Below are positions 1 through 8,905 of a stretch of 29,182 nt of DNA, one piece after another. Numbering within the stretch: position 1 is the stretch's first letter; the number at the start of each line of letters is the position of its first letter. The notes under the pieces are model-generated. The model saw nothing but the letters and a program-made list of their open reading frames with translations. It had not been told where the DNA came from and did not search any database. Both the position numbers and the translations under genes were made by a program. The DNA is taken from sequence record DRR378314_17. One strand, written 5' to 3'.

Positions 1-1949
1 TCGAGCTGATGAAGCGCGAGGAAGAGATGCGCAACATCGTGCATGATGCCGTGGTGCGCTATTCGGAATGCTCGATGTCGGACCAGAACCACGTGTTTCT
101 GGTTATGGAGTTTGTCGACGGGACCTCACTGAACGATCTGATGATGGAGCGCCGGGTCGAAGACCGGGAACTGTCGATCGTAGCGCATCGGGTGCTGGAA
201 GGTCTGGTACAGGTGCACCACAATGGTATTGTGCATCGCGATCTCAGCCCTGACAACATCATCCTGCGCGACGATGACCCCGAACGGGCGACGATTATCG
301 ATTTTGGTATCGCCAAAGACACGACCGCAGGTGCACGTACGATCGTGGGCAATGAGTTTGCGGGTAAATATGAATACGCCGCGCCCGAGCAATTGGAAGG
401 GCGCGCCGAACGCAGGACAGACCTGTATTCGCTTGGGGCGTCGCTTTTGGCGGCGGCGCGGCAGGAAATACCATTTCCCGGTTCCACGCCCGGCGAGATT
501 ATTCGCCGAAAGCAACAACCGCTGGACACGTCAGGGCTCGGTGATGATCTGCGGCGGTTGATCGAATGGTTGTCTGCACCTGATTTGGACGATCGTCCCG
601 ACGATGCGTCTGAGGCACTAAGTTGGCTTGACGGGGTGCTGAAGCCTGCAGGCGGGCGATCCGGTTCTTCACCTGGGCGCGGCGGTGGGTCCCGGAGACC
701 AGCACGCACGCGCGACACGAAGAAAACGGGCAAAGGCCTGTTGATCGGCCTGCCTGTCGCGCTGATTGCAGCGCTCGGCGGTCTTTGGGTAGCAGGTGTT
801 TTTGATGCGCTGTTCGAACCACCTCTGCCATTGGCCAGCCCCTACGAGTTGACGGTGGGCACTGCACCAGACGGTAGCGCTGTGCTCAGCAGCTATGCAC
901 CGGATCAGGCTGGGGCTGATCTCATCCTTGGCGGGTTTCAACAAGCGACAGGGCTTGAGGCGGCTGAAGGTGCGGTCACCCTTGCCGATGGTGTCCCTGA
1001 TCCGGATTGGCCGGCGCAGATGAGCCAGCTTTTGAACCTTGCCGGCAATCTGGAAAGCTGGGAGCTTTCGGTGTCGGATTCCCGTGCCAACCTGAACGGG
1101 GTTGCCTCCAGCATCTCTGCTCGTGGTGCGCTTGCGGCGCAGTTGGAGCAGTTAGCCAGCACCTCCGGCATTCAGATCACGCAGGACATCGTCGCGGGCC
1201 CCCGAGTTCTCTCACGCGCCGCGCTGCAGACGTCGTTGTCTCGTCTAGGCAGTTGTGGGCCCCTGCAGGCCTCGGCCACGGCGGATGGCACCTATCCGTT
1301 GTTCGATACCATTACGATTACAGGCGATCTGGCAAACGGATCGGATCAGGATAATATCAAACGTGCGTTGGGTCCTGTTATCGGCGACCGGAACCTGCGT
1401 TTCGACACAACTGTACTGAACGAAGAACTCTGTGCAATTCGTGCGGTATTACCGGATGTCCCTTCTGCCAACCTGTCGATCTGGCTGGGGGATGGTGCCA
1501 CTGGCGCGCCGTCGTTAAGTGGTGTTTTTCGCACCAGTGAAAACCCGGTGGTCGAGGTGCATATGCCGGAATCGATAACCGAGGGTTCTTTGTGGGTCAT
1601 GGTCGTCGACAATACGGGCACAGTGTTCCATGTGCTGCCAAACGTGAACCGGACCGACCATGACATTGCCAATTTGGGCGAGATGAAGAATGGGGTTCGG
1701 CAAGTGCGGGTTCTTCATTCAATCGAAGAGTTCAAGGAAGACAACTCGCGCCTGGCGATCCGTGTCAACGAGGGTGATTACGGAAAGACAGAAGTAATCG
1801 CGATCCTCAGCCGTTCGAACTTGTTCGATCTGCGCCGTCCCCGCGATGAAAGCGTAACTTCGGTTGCAGAGGCGCTGGCTGGTGCAATTGATGGTCGCGA
1901 AGGAGAGATCATCGGTGTTGCCAGCCGGATCATTGATGCCCGTCCCTAA
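1..1949 (+). CDS. Membrane-anchored Hanks-type Ser/Thr protein kinase (PpkA-like), 5'-truncated by the window edge, with a large extracytoplasmic C-terminal region (possible DUF4384-like domain)
   Basis: Motifs LVMEFVDG, VHRDLSPDNIIL, IIDFGIAK, GKYEYAAPEQ, TDLYSLG. A G/S/R-rich linker is followed by one TM helix (GLLIGLPVALIAALGGLWVAGVF). The Gly-rich loop and VAIK lysine are absent and the frame is open to the window start, so the gene begins upstream. Confidence 0.93.
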   Translation, partial: ELMKREEEMRNIVHDAVVRYSECSMSDQNHVFLVMEFVDGTSLNDLMMERRVEDRELSIVAHRVLEGLVQVHHNGIVHRDLSPDNIILRDDDPERATIIDFGIAKDTTAGARTIVGNEFAGKYEYAAPEQLEGRAERRTDLYSLGASLLAAARQEIPFPGSTPGEIIRRKQQPLDTSGLGDDLRRLIEWLSAPDLDDRPDDASEALSWLDGVLKPAGGRSGSSPGRGGGSRRPARTRDTKKTGKGLLIGLPVALIAALGGLWVAGVFDALFEPPLPLASPYELTVGTAPDGSAVLSSYAPDQAGADLILGGFQQATGLEAAEGAVTLADGVPDPDWPAQMSQLLNLAGNLESWELSVSDSRANLNGVASSISARGALAAQLEQLASTSGIQITQDIVAGPRVLSRAALQTSLSRLGSCGPLQASATADGTYPLFDTITITGDLANGSDQDNIKRALGPVIGDRNLRFDTTVLNEELCAIRAVLPDVPSANLSIWLGDGATGAPSLSGVFRTSENPVVEVHMPESITEGSLWVMVVDNTGTVFHVLPNVNRTDHDIANLGEMKNGVRQVRVLHSIEEFKEDNSRLAIRVNEGDYGKTEVIAILSRSNLFDLRRPRDESVTSVAEALAGAIDGREGEIIGVASRIIDARP

Positions 1950-1955
1950 GGTTGA

Positions 1956-4286
1956 TCAGAACAGATCGAAGCGCACCGGATTGATGGCCCAATAAACCCG
2001 CGCCGCCAGGATAAGCCGTTCTTTGGGGTCATTCAGTGCCGCTGTTGATATCGGTACACCGTGCGCGATTGCAACGTCTTCAAGTGCCTTCTTGGTTGCT
2101 GGACCGACCTGACCGTCGACAGCCACGTTTTGCCCCAGTTCATTCAGCGCCATTTGTAGGGCTCTATCCTGCGCCACAGCCGGCAAACTATTCAATTGAT
2201 CGCGTGCCTGCCCTGCCGCCTCGGCATCCGCTAAGAGCGAGGCCTTGGCCGCACGCAAGGCCGCGTCTGCCTGGCCTTTACCCGAAACCTGACCGTCAAG
2301 GATAATATAAGCGCCGTTCGCACCGCCCCACGCATCGCCCCGTGCCAGCGAAGCATCATACCAGTCCAGCGCCTCGGATTTTGTCCGTCCCGGCAATTGG
2401 CCGCGCAAAATCATTCGCGCCACGCTGGCAGGTGCAGTCGGATGTCCCCCCTCAGCAGCAGCCAGAAAATACTCAAGCGCCTTGTCATTATCGACGGGAT
2501 TGCCCCCAAGCCCGTTCAGCGCGACATAAGCAAGGTTGTTGTACCCATAGATATCTTTGCGCAGCTCGGACGCCCGCAAATAGCGCATCCCGCGTTCAGG
2601 GATATAGTGCTCAGAGTCTTCGCGTAGGAAATACAGACCAAGTTCGTTCATTGAGAACGTATGGCCCAGTTCGACCGAACGTTCGAGCAGCTCAAATCCG
2701 CGTTGTTTGGCTTCTTGAGTTTTCCCTTCCCGCAGCAGCTTTTTGCCCAGCCTGTGCATCGCATAGGGATCCTGCTCGGCAGTTCCTTGTTCCAGCAATT
2801 CCAGCGCCATTTGCGGATCAAGAGGGATGCGCGTGACATCACGGTCGATCCGCTCGGAATCCAGCAATACGGCAAGGGCGAACTTAGCGCGAATATGACC
2901 GGCCTGCGCTGCTGCAGATATATTGGCATAAGCATCGCTTAGCTGTCCGGCGGCCTGCTGAACGCGACCCAATTGATAGCGGAACCGCGCATTGTCGGGG
3001 TTGGCGGCAACGGCAGCACGGCACGCTTCCAGCCCTTTGGTTATGTTGATCTCGTTCGGTAGCCGGAATACCCCCACGCCATTCAAGTCCAGCGCATCGC
3101 CGGCTTCCAGATCGCAAGGGTTCATGTTTAGTTTAAGTGACACATCAACCCGCTGACGCTGCTGGCCTGTGGTGACAACTTCAACTGTGAATGTATCCTC
3201 AACATCTGAGGTGATGATATCAACCGCCCGGATGTCAGAGATTTCTGGGGTGTAATTGATTGCACCGCTCTGCTGCCCGCCACCAATGGCGATCACGCCT
3301 TGTTCGGGTCGCTCAACCAATTGAACCGTGTCGATATCGGTTCCCAGAGCTTGTTCCAAAAGTTGGGATAGCGGTACGTTTTTATCGAATTGCCGGGTCA
3401 GATCCAGCGACCGCGAGATTGTCGCCTGAGGGGGTTCCTCCGTTGGTTCGGCTTGCGATTGCGCAAGATAGAAGGGTTTAACCAGCGTTGAACTTTCCCA
3501 GGGGATTTGCTGCCCATCGGTCGAACTGTGCACCTGTTCGCGAATAACCGGGAACAAGGCCTGAATATTCTCGAACGGTGAATTGCGTGCTGTTTCGAGA
3601 ACCGCGGCAGTGTAGGGGCTGTTCTGACCCGAGGCCCCATCGCTGGCAACTGCACCTGGTGAGGTTGAATACGCAACAAGTGAATTCAGTGGTGTTCGGA
3701 ATACATCAAACCCGGTGCGCGTTTCGAACAAGTTAGCATCGAGATCAGCCGCCAGCCGAATATCGCTGAAGGGGTTATCTCGACAAGAATCCAGGATAGC
3801 TACATGAGCGGAACTGCGGGCTGATAGGGTATCGATCACCCGGTCCAGTGTCATTGTGGCGAGGGGGACATCATAGATACTTTCGAATTTGGCATCGACG
3901 GGCAGCAGATAATTACGCCGCCCGATTTGGATACCATGCCCGGCATAGTAAAATAGCACATTGGCAGAGTCGGGAATATTTAGAACGGCGGTGCGCAGCA
4001 ATTCCTCGAATTCGCGCTTCTCAAGGTCATATCCGTCATAAACCTTGAAATTGAACTCGCGAAGTAAAGCCGCAATATCCTGTGCATCTTTGCGTGCATT
4101 GGCAAGGTCACCGACATTCATGTAGTCCTGATTGCCGATCACGATCGCGATGCGCGGCGCGATTGGCGTTTGTATCGACGTGTCAGTAGTGGATTGAGCC
4201 AGCGCCGGATTTATCCAGAGACATAAGGCGAGTAGTCCGCAAAGAACCCGAGCTTTCAGATTGTATCTGAATATGCGTGGACCCAC
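1956..4286 (-). CDS. Exported caspase-like (peptidase C14) protein with Ig-like linker, TPR/Sel1 repeats and C-terminal peptidoglycan-binding domain
   Basis: RIAIVIGNQDY, YYAGHG (His codon 3936-3938), ILDSCRDNP (Cys codon 3783-3785), YSTSPGAVASDG, QQIPWE. Sel1-like repeats include ALEYFLAAAEGGHPTA. PG-binding motif LQMALNELG..VDGQVGPATKKAL. The GTG start at 4286, just after the lipoprotein stop, gives a signal peptide ending P-A-L-A/Q. Confidence 0.88.
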   Translation of the reverse strand: MGPRIFRYNLKARVLCGLLALCLWINPALAQSTTDTSIQTPIAPRIAIVIGNQDYMNVGDLANARKDAQDIAALLREFNFKVYDGYDLEKREFEELLRTAVLNIPDSANVLFYYAGHGIQIGRRNYLLPVDAKFESIYDVPLATMTLDRVIDTLSARSSAHVAILDSCRDNPFSDIRLAADLDANLFETRTGFDVFRTPLNSLVAYSTSPGAVASDGASGQNSPYTAAVLETARNSPFENIQALFPVIREQVHSSTDGQQIPWESSTLVKPFYLAQSQAEPTEEPPQATISRSLDLTRQFDKNVPLSQLLEQALGTDIDTVQLVERPEQGVIAIGGGQQSGAINYTPEISDIRAVDIITSDVEDTFTVEVVTTGQQRQRVDVSLKLNMNPCDLEAGDALDLNGVGVFRLPNEINITKGLEACRAAVAANPDNARFRYQLGRVQQAAGQLSDAYANISAAAQAGHIRAKFALAVLLDSERIDRDVTRIPLDPQMALELLEQGTAEQDPYAMHRLGKKLLREGKTQEAKQRGFELLERSVELGHTFSMNELGLYFLREDSEHYIPERGMRYLRASELRKDIYGYNNLAYVALNGLGGNPVDNDKALEYFLAAAEGGHPTAPASVARMILRGQLPGRTKSEALDWYDASLARGDAWGGANGAYIILDGQVSGKGQADAALRAAKASLLADAEAAGQARDQLNSLPAVAQDRALQMALNELGQNVAVDGQVGPATKKALEDVAIAHGVPISTAALNDPKERLILAARVYWAINPVRFDLF

Positions 4287-4290
4287 GGTT

Positions 4291-4575
4291 TCAACCCCAG
4301 CTTCCGCCGCCGCCACCACCAGTACCGCCGCCGCCACCGCCGCCGCCACTGTTGCCGCCGCCACCATCTCCGCCGCCGTCATCTCCACCACTATTTTCCT
4401 CTCGGGCCGAAGTGCTGGATGATTTTGCCTGCGCCGGTGCGGGTGTCGGTTCGACAACAGGTGCGGGTTGCGGTTCGACTATGGGTTCTTGCTGGCTGGT
4501 ATCAAGGCCGACCGTATCGCAGCCAGCTACAATAAGTGTACTGGACAATATTAGCGTGACTGAAACTCGGACCAT
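4291..4575 (-). CDS. Small lipoprotein (94 aa) with Pro/Glu-rich linker and glycine-rich tail ending SWG
   Basis: Strong RBS GGGAGG 7 nt before the ATG. Hydrophobic signal with lipobox V-A-G-C. The stop lies 4 nt before the caspase GTG start. Confidence 0.8.
   Translation of the reverse strand: MVRVSVTLILSSTLIVAGCDTVGLDTSQQEPIVEPQPAPVVEPTPAPAQAKSSSTSAREENSGGDDGGGDGGGGNSGGGGGGGGTGGGGGGSWG
4304..4391. repeat. Low-complexity (CCG/CCA)n tract encoding the poly-glycine tail of the lipoprotein
   Basis: Repeated ccgccgccgccaccacc units on the + strand are GGN codons on the - strand. Confidence 0.85.
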
Positions 4576-4788
4576 TGCGGGTCCTCCCTATAGTAAAATG
4601 TACCAATATGACATTAACCCTATTACTAGTAGGCTTAAGCTGTCCAATATTGTTTATCGGAGTCAGCTGTTGACTACAGTGAAGTTGATCACGGTTCTGT
4701 TGCTAAAATTCTGTCCGATCGAAGAAATCACGCCGAACCTGCGGATTAAGCAGCCGGTTCCGTAAGATAACCAACGGACATCCGAGGA

Positions 4789-7700
4789 TTAAGGTGGAGC
4801 GGCAACGGCCGCCTCGTCCGCTTTGGACTGGGCATATTCTCGGTTATTCCTTAGTAGTGAGCTGTTGCCGACGTCCGCCAAGCCTTGGTCATAGATTTCG
4901 ACCGCGCGAAGCCATCCTTCATGGTTGAAATACAACCTGGCCCATTTCTCGTATGTGTAAACCTTGACCTCATGTGTTGTGTCGGAATCCAGCACAACAG
5001 CTACTTCGTCAATAAGTTCCAACGCTGCGTTCGGCATGTCGGCACTGATCATCGATTCCATGTGGCTCGAAAGGACGTTTTGTAAAACTCCTGCCAGAGC
5101 TTTGGGATCAGGGAAAACCGTCTCCATTTCGTTGACAGCCACGATAAAACCTGCTGCACCTTCGGTTTTGAGGGCGGATGTGGACCACTCCTGAAAAGAA
5201 TACGGGACGTTGCGACGCAGATCTCGGGAGTCAGGAACCAACTCAAGCCCAGCAGCATATGCGAGTAAAGCGCCCTTCCAATCGTTTTGCTCCAGCCGAG
5301 CGTTGCCCCAGTCTCGATACAGCGCGACTGTGCTATTGTTGAATTCTTCGGGTGAAAGAAAGGACCGTGCACTGACCAATTGGGCCTTTGCCAAATCAAT
5401 TTCCCCTGACCTAACCTTCTCGGAGATTAATCTCTGGATCGCCCGCGTGCCCATCTCCGCGACCTTCTCATCGCCCGGGAAAAGCCCCCCAAGTGTTTCA
5501 GCGGCGGTGGCAACGCCTTGGGCACCAGCGTCTGCACCGCTTGTGCGCGTCCACTCCTGAGCTATGTAAGCGACATTTCTTGAAAACAATTTGGCATCGT
5601 CCAAGTCACTGCGCGCGTTCGAGTAAATTCTGGCCGCAGCTTCCCACTCTCTTTCATCCATTGCACGTTGGGCACGGTGATCGATAATCAGGATTGTGAG
5701 TTCACGGAAGGTTTCCGGTGCCAGAAGCAATTGAGCACTATCCAGGAACTCCATAGCTCCGTCATGGTTGCCTTCGCGCAAGTAGGTGTTCAATTTCCGA
5801 ACGATTTCGTTTTCGCCAAAGCCAGGATCTACCGCAAAGGTCGGGAACAGCTCGCGAAGCCGCGCGTTGGTAACTTCCAGTTCTACAGTTCCACCTTCCG
5901 CCAGAGCACTAGCCTGCCACTTTTGGGCGACATAGCGGGCGTTTTTCGACAAGTAGTCGTCGTCGGGATGTGCAGCAAGGCCAGATGCATGCAATTCGGC
6001 CGCAGCTTGCCAATCACCGCTTTCGATCAGCTCGCGTGCATAAGCGTTGTACACATAGGCACCTAAATCCCAGTCCGAACCCGTTGCAGTTAGCAAGGGT
6101 CCAATTTTTTGAGCTTGCTCCAGCGCCATTTCTAGTTGTCGGCTATCCATCCCTGAATTGATCCAACGAATGGTGAAATTCTCTGCGACGTCATCAAACC
6201 CTGAGACTAACGGCAACTGGTCTTTTAGGTCTGCGATTTTGGATAGCCCATCCTCGATCCCGCCGCTATCCAATGCCCATTCTTGTGCCAAGTAACGCGC
6301 AATCCGATGGGCGCGCTCGGTCTCCAAACTTGTGCCAAATACTCCCGCAATAATGGAGGCCGCGGCCTCGTAGTCCGTCATATCTATCATTGAACGCGCT
6401 TGACGAAGATAAAGATCAGATCGCCAATGGCCAATTTCAGCTTTTGCCTCCCCAACAAGCAGCGCATCGGCACGGTCGGCAATAGAGAACGCTTCTTCCC
6501 ATTCTCCACGAGACACCGAAGCTTCTGCTGGGCGCAAGAAAACCGCAATTTTATCGGACTCAAAATCATGGCCCGGAATTTGGCTTGCAGCGCGGTCTAG
6601 CACCTCTAGCGCTCCGACATAGTCGTCCGAATCTGACCGGGTGGCGGCCCATTTGCTCCAGACTGCACGTTGATTTTGGGCAAGTATCTCGTCGTCGGGT
6701 GCAAGTTGGCGCCCTAAGGCCGCCACGGTCGTGGCCTGTTCCCAGTCTGCGCTCTCTGCCAGTGATCTGCTCCAACCGTTGAGCGCCGCCAAGGCGTTTG
6801 TAACGGCGGATGAGAATTCAGGATCAAGGCTCATTGCGCGGAAATTGGCAAGCAGAGCTTCTTGATATTTGCCCTCGCGGAGAAATTCGACTCCGTGATT
6901 GTAATAGATAAGAGCTGCGATCCCCTCCCGCCCGATTTCGCGGCGAAGAGCTTTGTTAGACTCTGGTATGTATGTAAAACCAGTTAAGTTTTTGAATTCT
7001 TCGACTTGCTCACGCGCCGGTGCGAATCCGCGCGCGGTAGTCGTCTCGACATCCACATGATCCAAACCATCATAAAGGATCGAAAATGCATGATCCGGCA
7101 CTTCGATTGCCCTTAGATCCAGGCCAAGACGCCATCCGAGAACATTATAGAGTGCCGCTGAGGAAACGCAGTTAAAAAGACCTTGGTCCAATACTTCCGA
7201 AATATCAGTTTGCGATAGTTGGTATCTATTCAAATACGAATTTTCATGTAGCCATTCCAAAAGGTTCCGCCCTAGTACCATGGGGGGTGCAGTAGTATCC
7301 AACTCCTCGCGAATAAGGCCTTCTAAGGTGTCAAGTTGCTGGCGGTAAGTGTCGCGCTCTTGCTGATCCATGACACCTGAGGCCAAAAGGGCAATAGTTT
7401 CGATATCTGACGCTTCCAAACCCCCGGTTTCAGCACGCGCGAAGATCTCTTTCTCAGCATCGGTCAATGAGACGCCGTCCACCCCAAGCGTTTCCAACCC
7501 TTCAATCATGTCTATGGCTGCCGCAGGAGACTCGCCAAAAGCATAGCGTGGTTCAGGTGGCCCGTCCCATCCCTTCAACCATAGGTCAGCAATTGCTATT
7601 TCAATTTTTTCTGTAGGCGGAAAGAGACGGATCAATACCCATGTTGCTGGGGCTGGCGGTAGCGATACGACCTGCTCCGGTCTTAGCGCATCCAGCCTTT

Positions 7701-8109
7701 CTTCGATGAGAGATCGAAAGCCGGTCGAAGGTGAATAACTAGATGCGAGAACGTCAACACGCATAGGTGGCGCATCCGATGGCTCAGGTGAAAGTGAAAG
7801 TACGAGCTCCGTCGCGTTTACGACACGCCCTCCGAAGCCAATGACGACATCTACAGGTTCACCGTCGATAATGTCGAAGCGAGCGATGGTGCTTGGATCT
7901 CCATCAAACAAAGCGTCAACAGACGATAGGTGTTCAGGAGCAGTAAGATCAAATTCAAGTTTGGCGTCTTGGAGGGAAAGAAGGGAAACCGCCGAGTCCT
8001 GCGCCGATGCCTGCCCAAACTGCAAAATACCAAATACTAATATTATTAGGCGCGCCCAAGTTCCGCGTAAAACGTGCATTGGTATACGTTCTTTACAGGT
8101 GTTTTGCAT
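4789..8109 (-). CDS. Large exported protein: discoidin/F5/8-type-C-like N-terminal domain, transglutaminase-like (Transglut_core2/SirB1-like) domain and TPR-like helical repeats
   Basis: Signal peptide ending A-S-A/Q. ALFDGDPST and WVLIRLFP..IAIADLWLKG are discoidin-like. GLFNCVSSAALY, PDHAFS and DVETT form a Cys-His-acid pattern. Repeated N-x-x-Y-x-x-Q-x-W helical units follow. The start could be 8109 or 8079. Confidence 0.75.
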   Translation of the reverse strand: MQNTCKERIPMHVLRGTWARLIILVFGILQFGQASAQDSAVSLLSLQDAKLEFDLTAPEHLSSVDALFDGDPSTIARFDIIDGEPVDVVIGFGGRVVNATELVLSLSPEPSDAPPMRVDVLASSYSPSTGFRSLIEERLDALRPEQVVSLPPAPATWVLIRLFPPTEKIEIAIADLWLKGWDGPPEPRYAFGESPAAAIDMIEGLETLGVDGVSLTDAEKEIFARAETGGLEASDIETIALLASGVMDQQERDTYRQQLDTLEGLIREELDTTAPPMVLGRNLLEWLHENSYLNRYQLSQTDISEVLDQGLFNCVSSAALYNVLGWRLGLDLRAIEVPDHAFSILYDGLDHVDVETTTARGFAPAREQVEEFKNLTGFTYIPESNKALRREIGREGIAALIYYNHGVEFLREGKYQEALLANFRAMSLDPEFSSAVTNALAALNGWSRSLAESADWEQATTVAALGRQLAPDDEILAQNQRAVWSKWAATRSDSDDYVGALEVLDRAASQIPGHDFESDKIAVFLRPAEASVSRGEWEEAFSIADRADALLVGEAKAEIGHWRSDLYLRQARSMIDMTDYEAAASIIAGVFGTSLETERAHRIARYLAQEWALDSGGIEDGLSKIADLKDQLPLVSGFDDVAENFTIRWINSGMDSRQLEMALEQAQKIGPLLTATGSDWDLGAYVYNAYARELIESGDWQAAAELHASGLAAHPDDDYLSKNARYVAQKWQASALAEGGTVELEVTNARLRELFPTFAVDPGFGENEIVRKLNTYLREGNHDGAMEFLDSAQLLLAPETFRELTILIIDHRAQRAMDEREWEAAARIYSNARSDLDDAKLFSRNVAYIAQEWTRTSGADAGAQGVATAAETLGGLFPGDEKVAEMGTRAIQRLISEKVRSGEIDLAKAQLVSARSFLSPEEFNNSTVALYRDWGNARLEQNDWKGALLAYAAGLELVPDSRDLRRNVPYSFQEWSTSALKTEGAAGFIVAVNEMETVFPDPKALAGVLQNVLSSHMESMISADMPNAALELIDEVAVVLDSDTTHEVKVYTYEKWARLYFNHEGWLRAVEIYDQGLADVGNSSLLRNNREYAQSKADEAAVAAPP

Positions 8110-8905
8110 TGCTATTAACCTCAGTCGTCGAGCCTGTCTTGTTACATCAGTCGATTACTTCGGTATGCAAACGGAGCGTCCGGCGTTGGTTTTGAAATTA
8201 TGCCATTTGTTTTCGAAGCTGATCGTGATCGGCTCCAAAACTCGAAGCATTGAAATGCGTGTCCACTTCCCCGCCTACGAAACCAAAAAACTACGTCGCA
8301 TACCCGATCTGAGCGCTTGAGCACGAGAAGCGATAGTTGCAATTTATACTGGAACCTGGCGTCGCGTCTACTTTATGGGCATTCTTTCTGCATATTACGG
8401 ATCAGTCGCAATCTTTGGCGTTAATCAAAGCAAACGCTTTGATTGGGTGGTTTTCTGCTAATCTCATGACCGTTCCGAAGGTCACGAACTACCTTGTATG
8501 ACGAATGGAATTGTTCGTCTCCCACCCCTCAGTCAGACAGACCGTCCTGAAACGAAATCAGGATTTATCGAAAGCGCATTCGGCGCAAAGAACCCTGTTG
8601 TAGAAAAACGGGTCATCGGAGATGACCTTTTTTGAATTCTTACTTTCGGGTGACTATTCTGAGGCACTTGGACGGATAAGATGGGAAGGAAAATGGGGTT
8701 GGTACCACGATTATGCCGACGCAATTGTCCAACGAGATGTCCGCGACGTTGCGCAGATCGAACAGCTCGCAATCATGCGGAAACTTCTGGCAGTTCTCGC
8801 GCAGCATTTCGGTCTGTTGGTCTACTATTCGGGGATCTGTTGCAGAGTTTTGACCGCTGACGCCCACCAATATAGAATTTTGTAACAGAACCACCTTTGG
8901 GTGAG

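Noticed and set aside
4304-4391. Short repeats resembling an array
   Set aside because: Trinucleotide low complexity inside a CDS; no repeat-spacer structure, so not CRISPR.
4287-4457. N-terminal extension of the caspase ORF (833-aa version, with poly-Ala/Val stretch)
   Set aside because: It is an alternate-frame reading of the lipoprotein's Gly codons; the GTG at 4286 gives a proper signal peptide.
4277-4765. Poly-proline ORF on the + strand
   Set aside because: Antisense shadow of the GGN tract; the minus-strand ORF has the RBS and lipobox.
8376-8392. GG-N10-GC sigma54-like motif (GGGCATTCTTTCTGCA)
   Set aside because: Several mismatches to TGGCAC-N5-TTGC and no credible downstream gene or activator.
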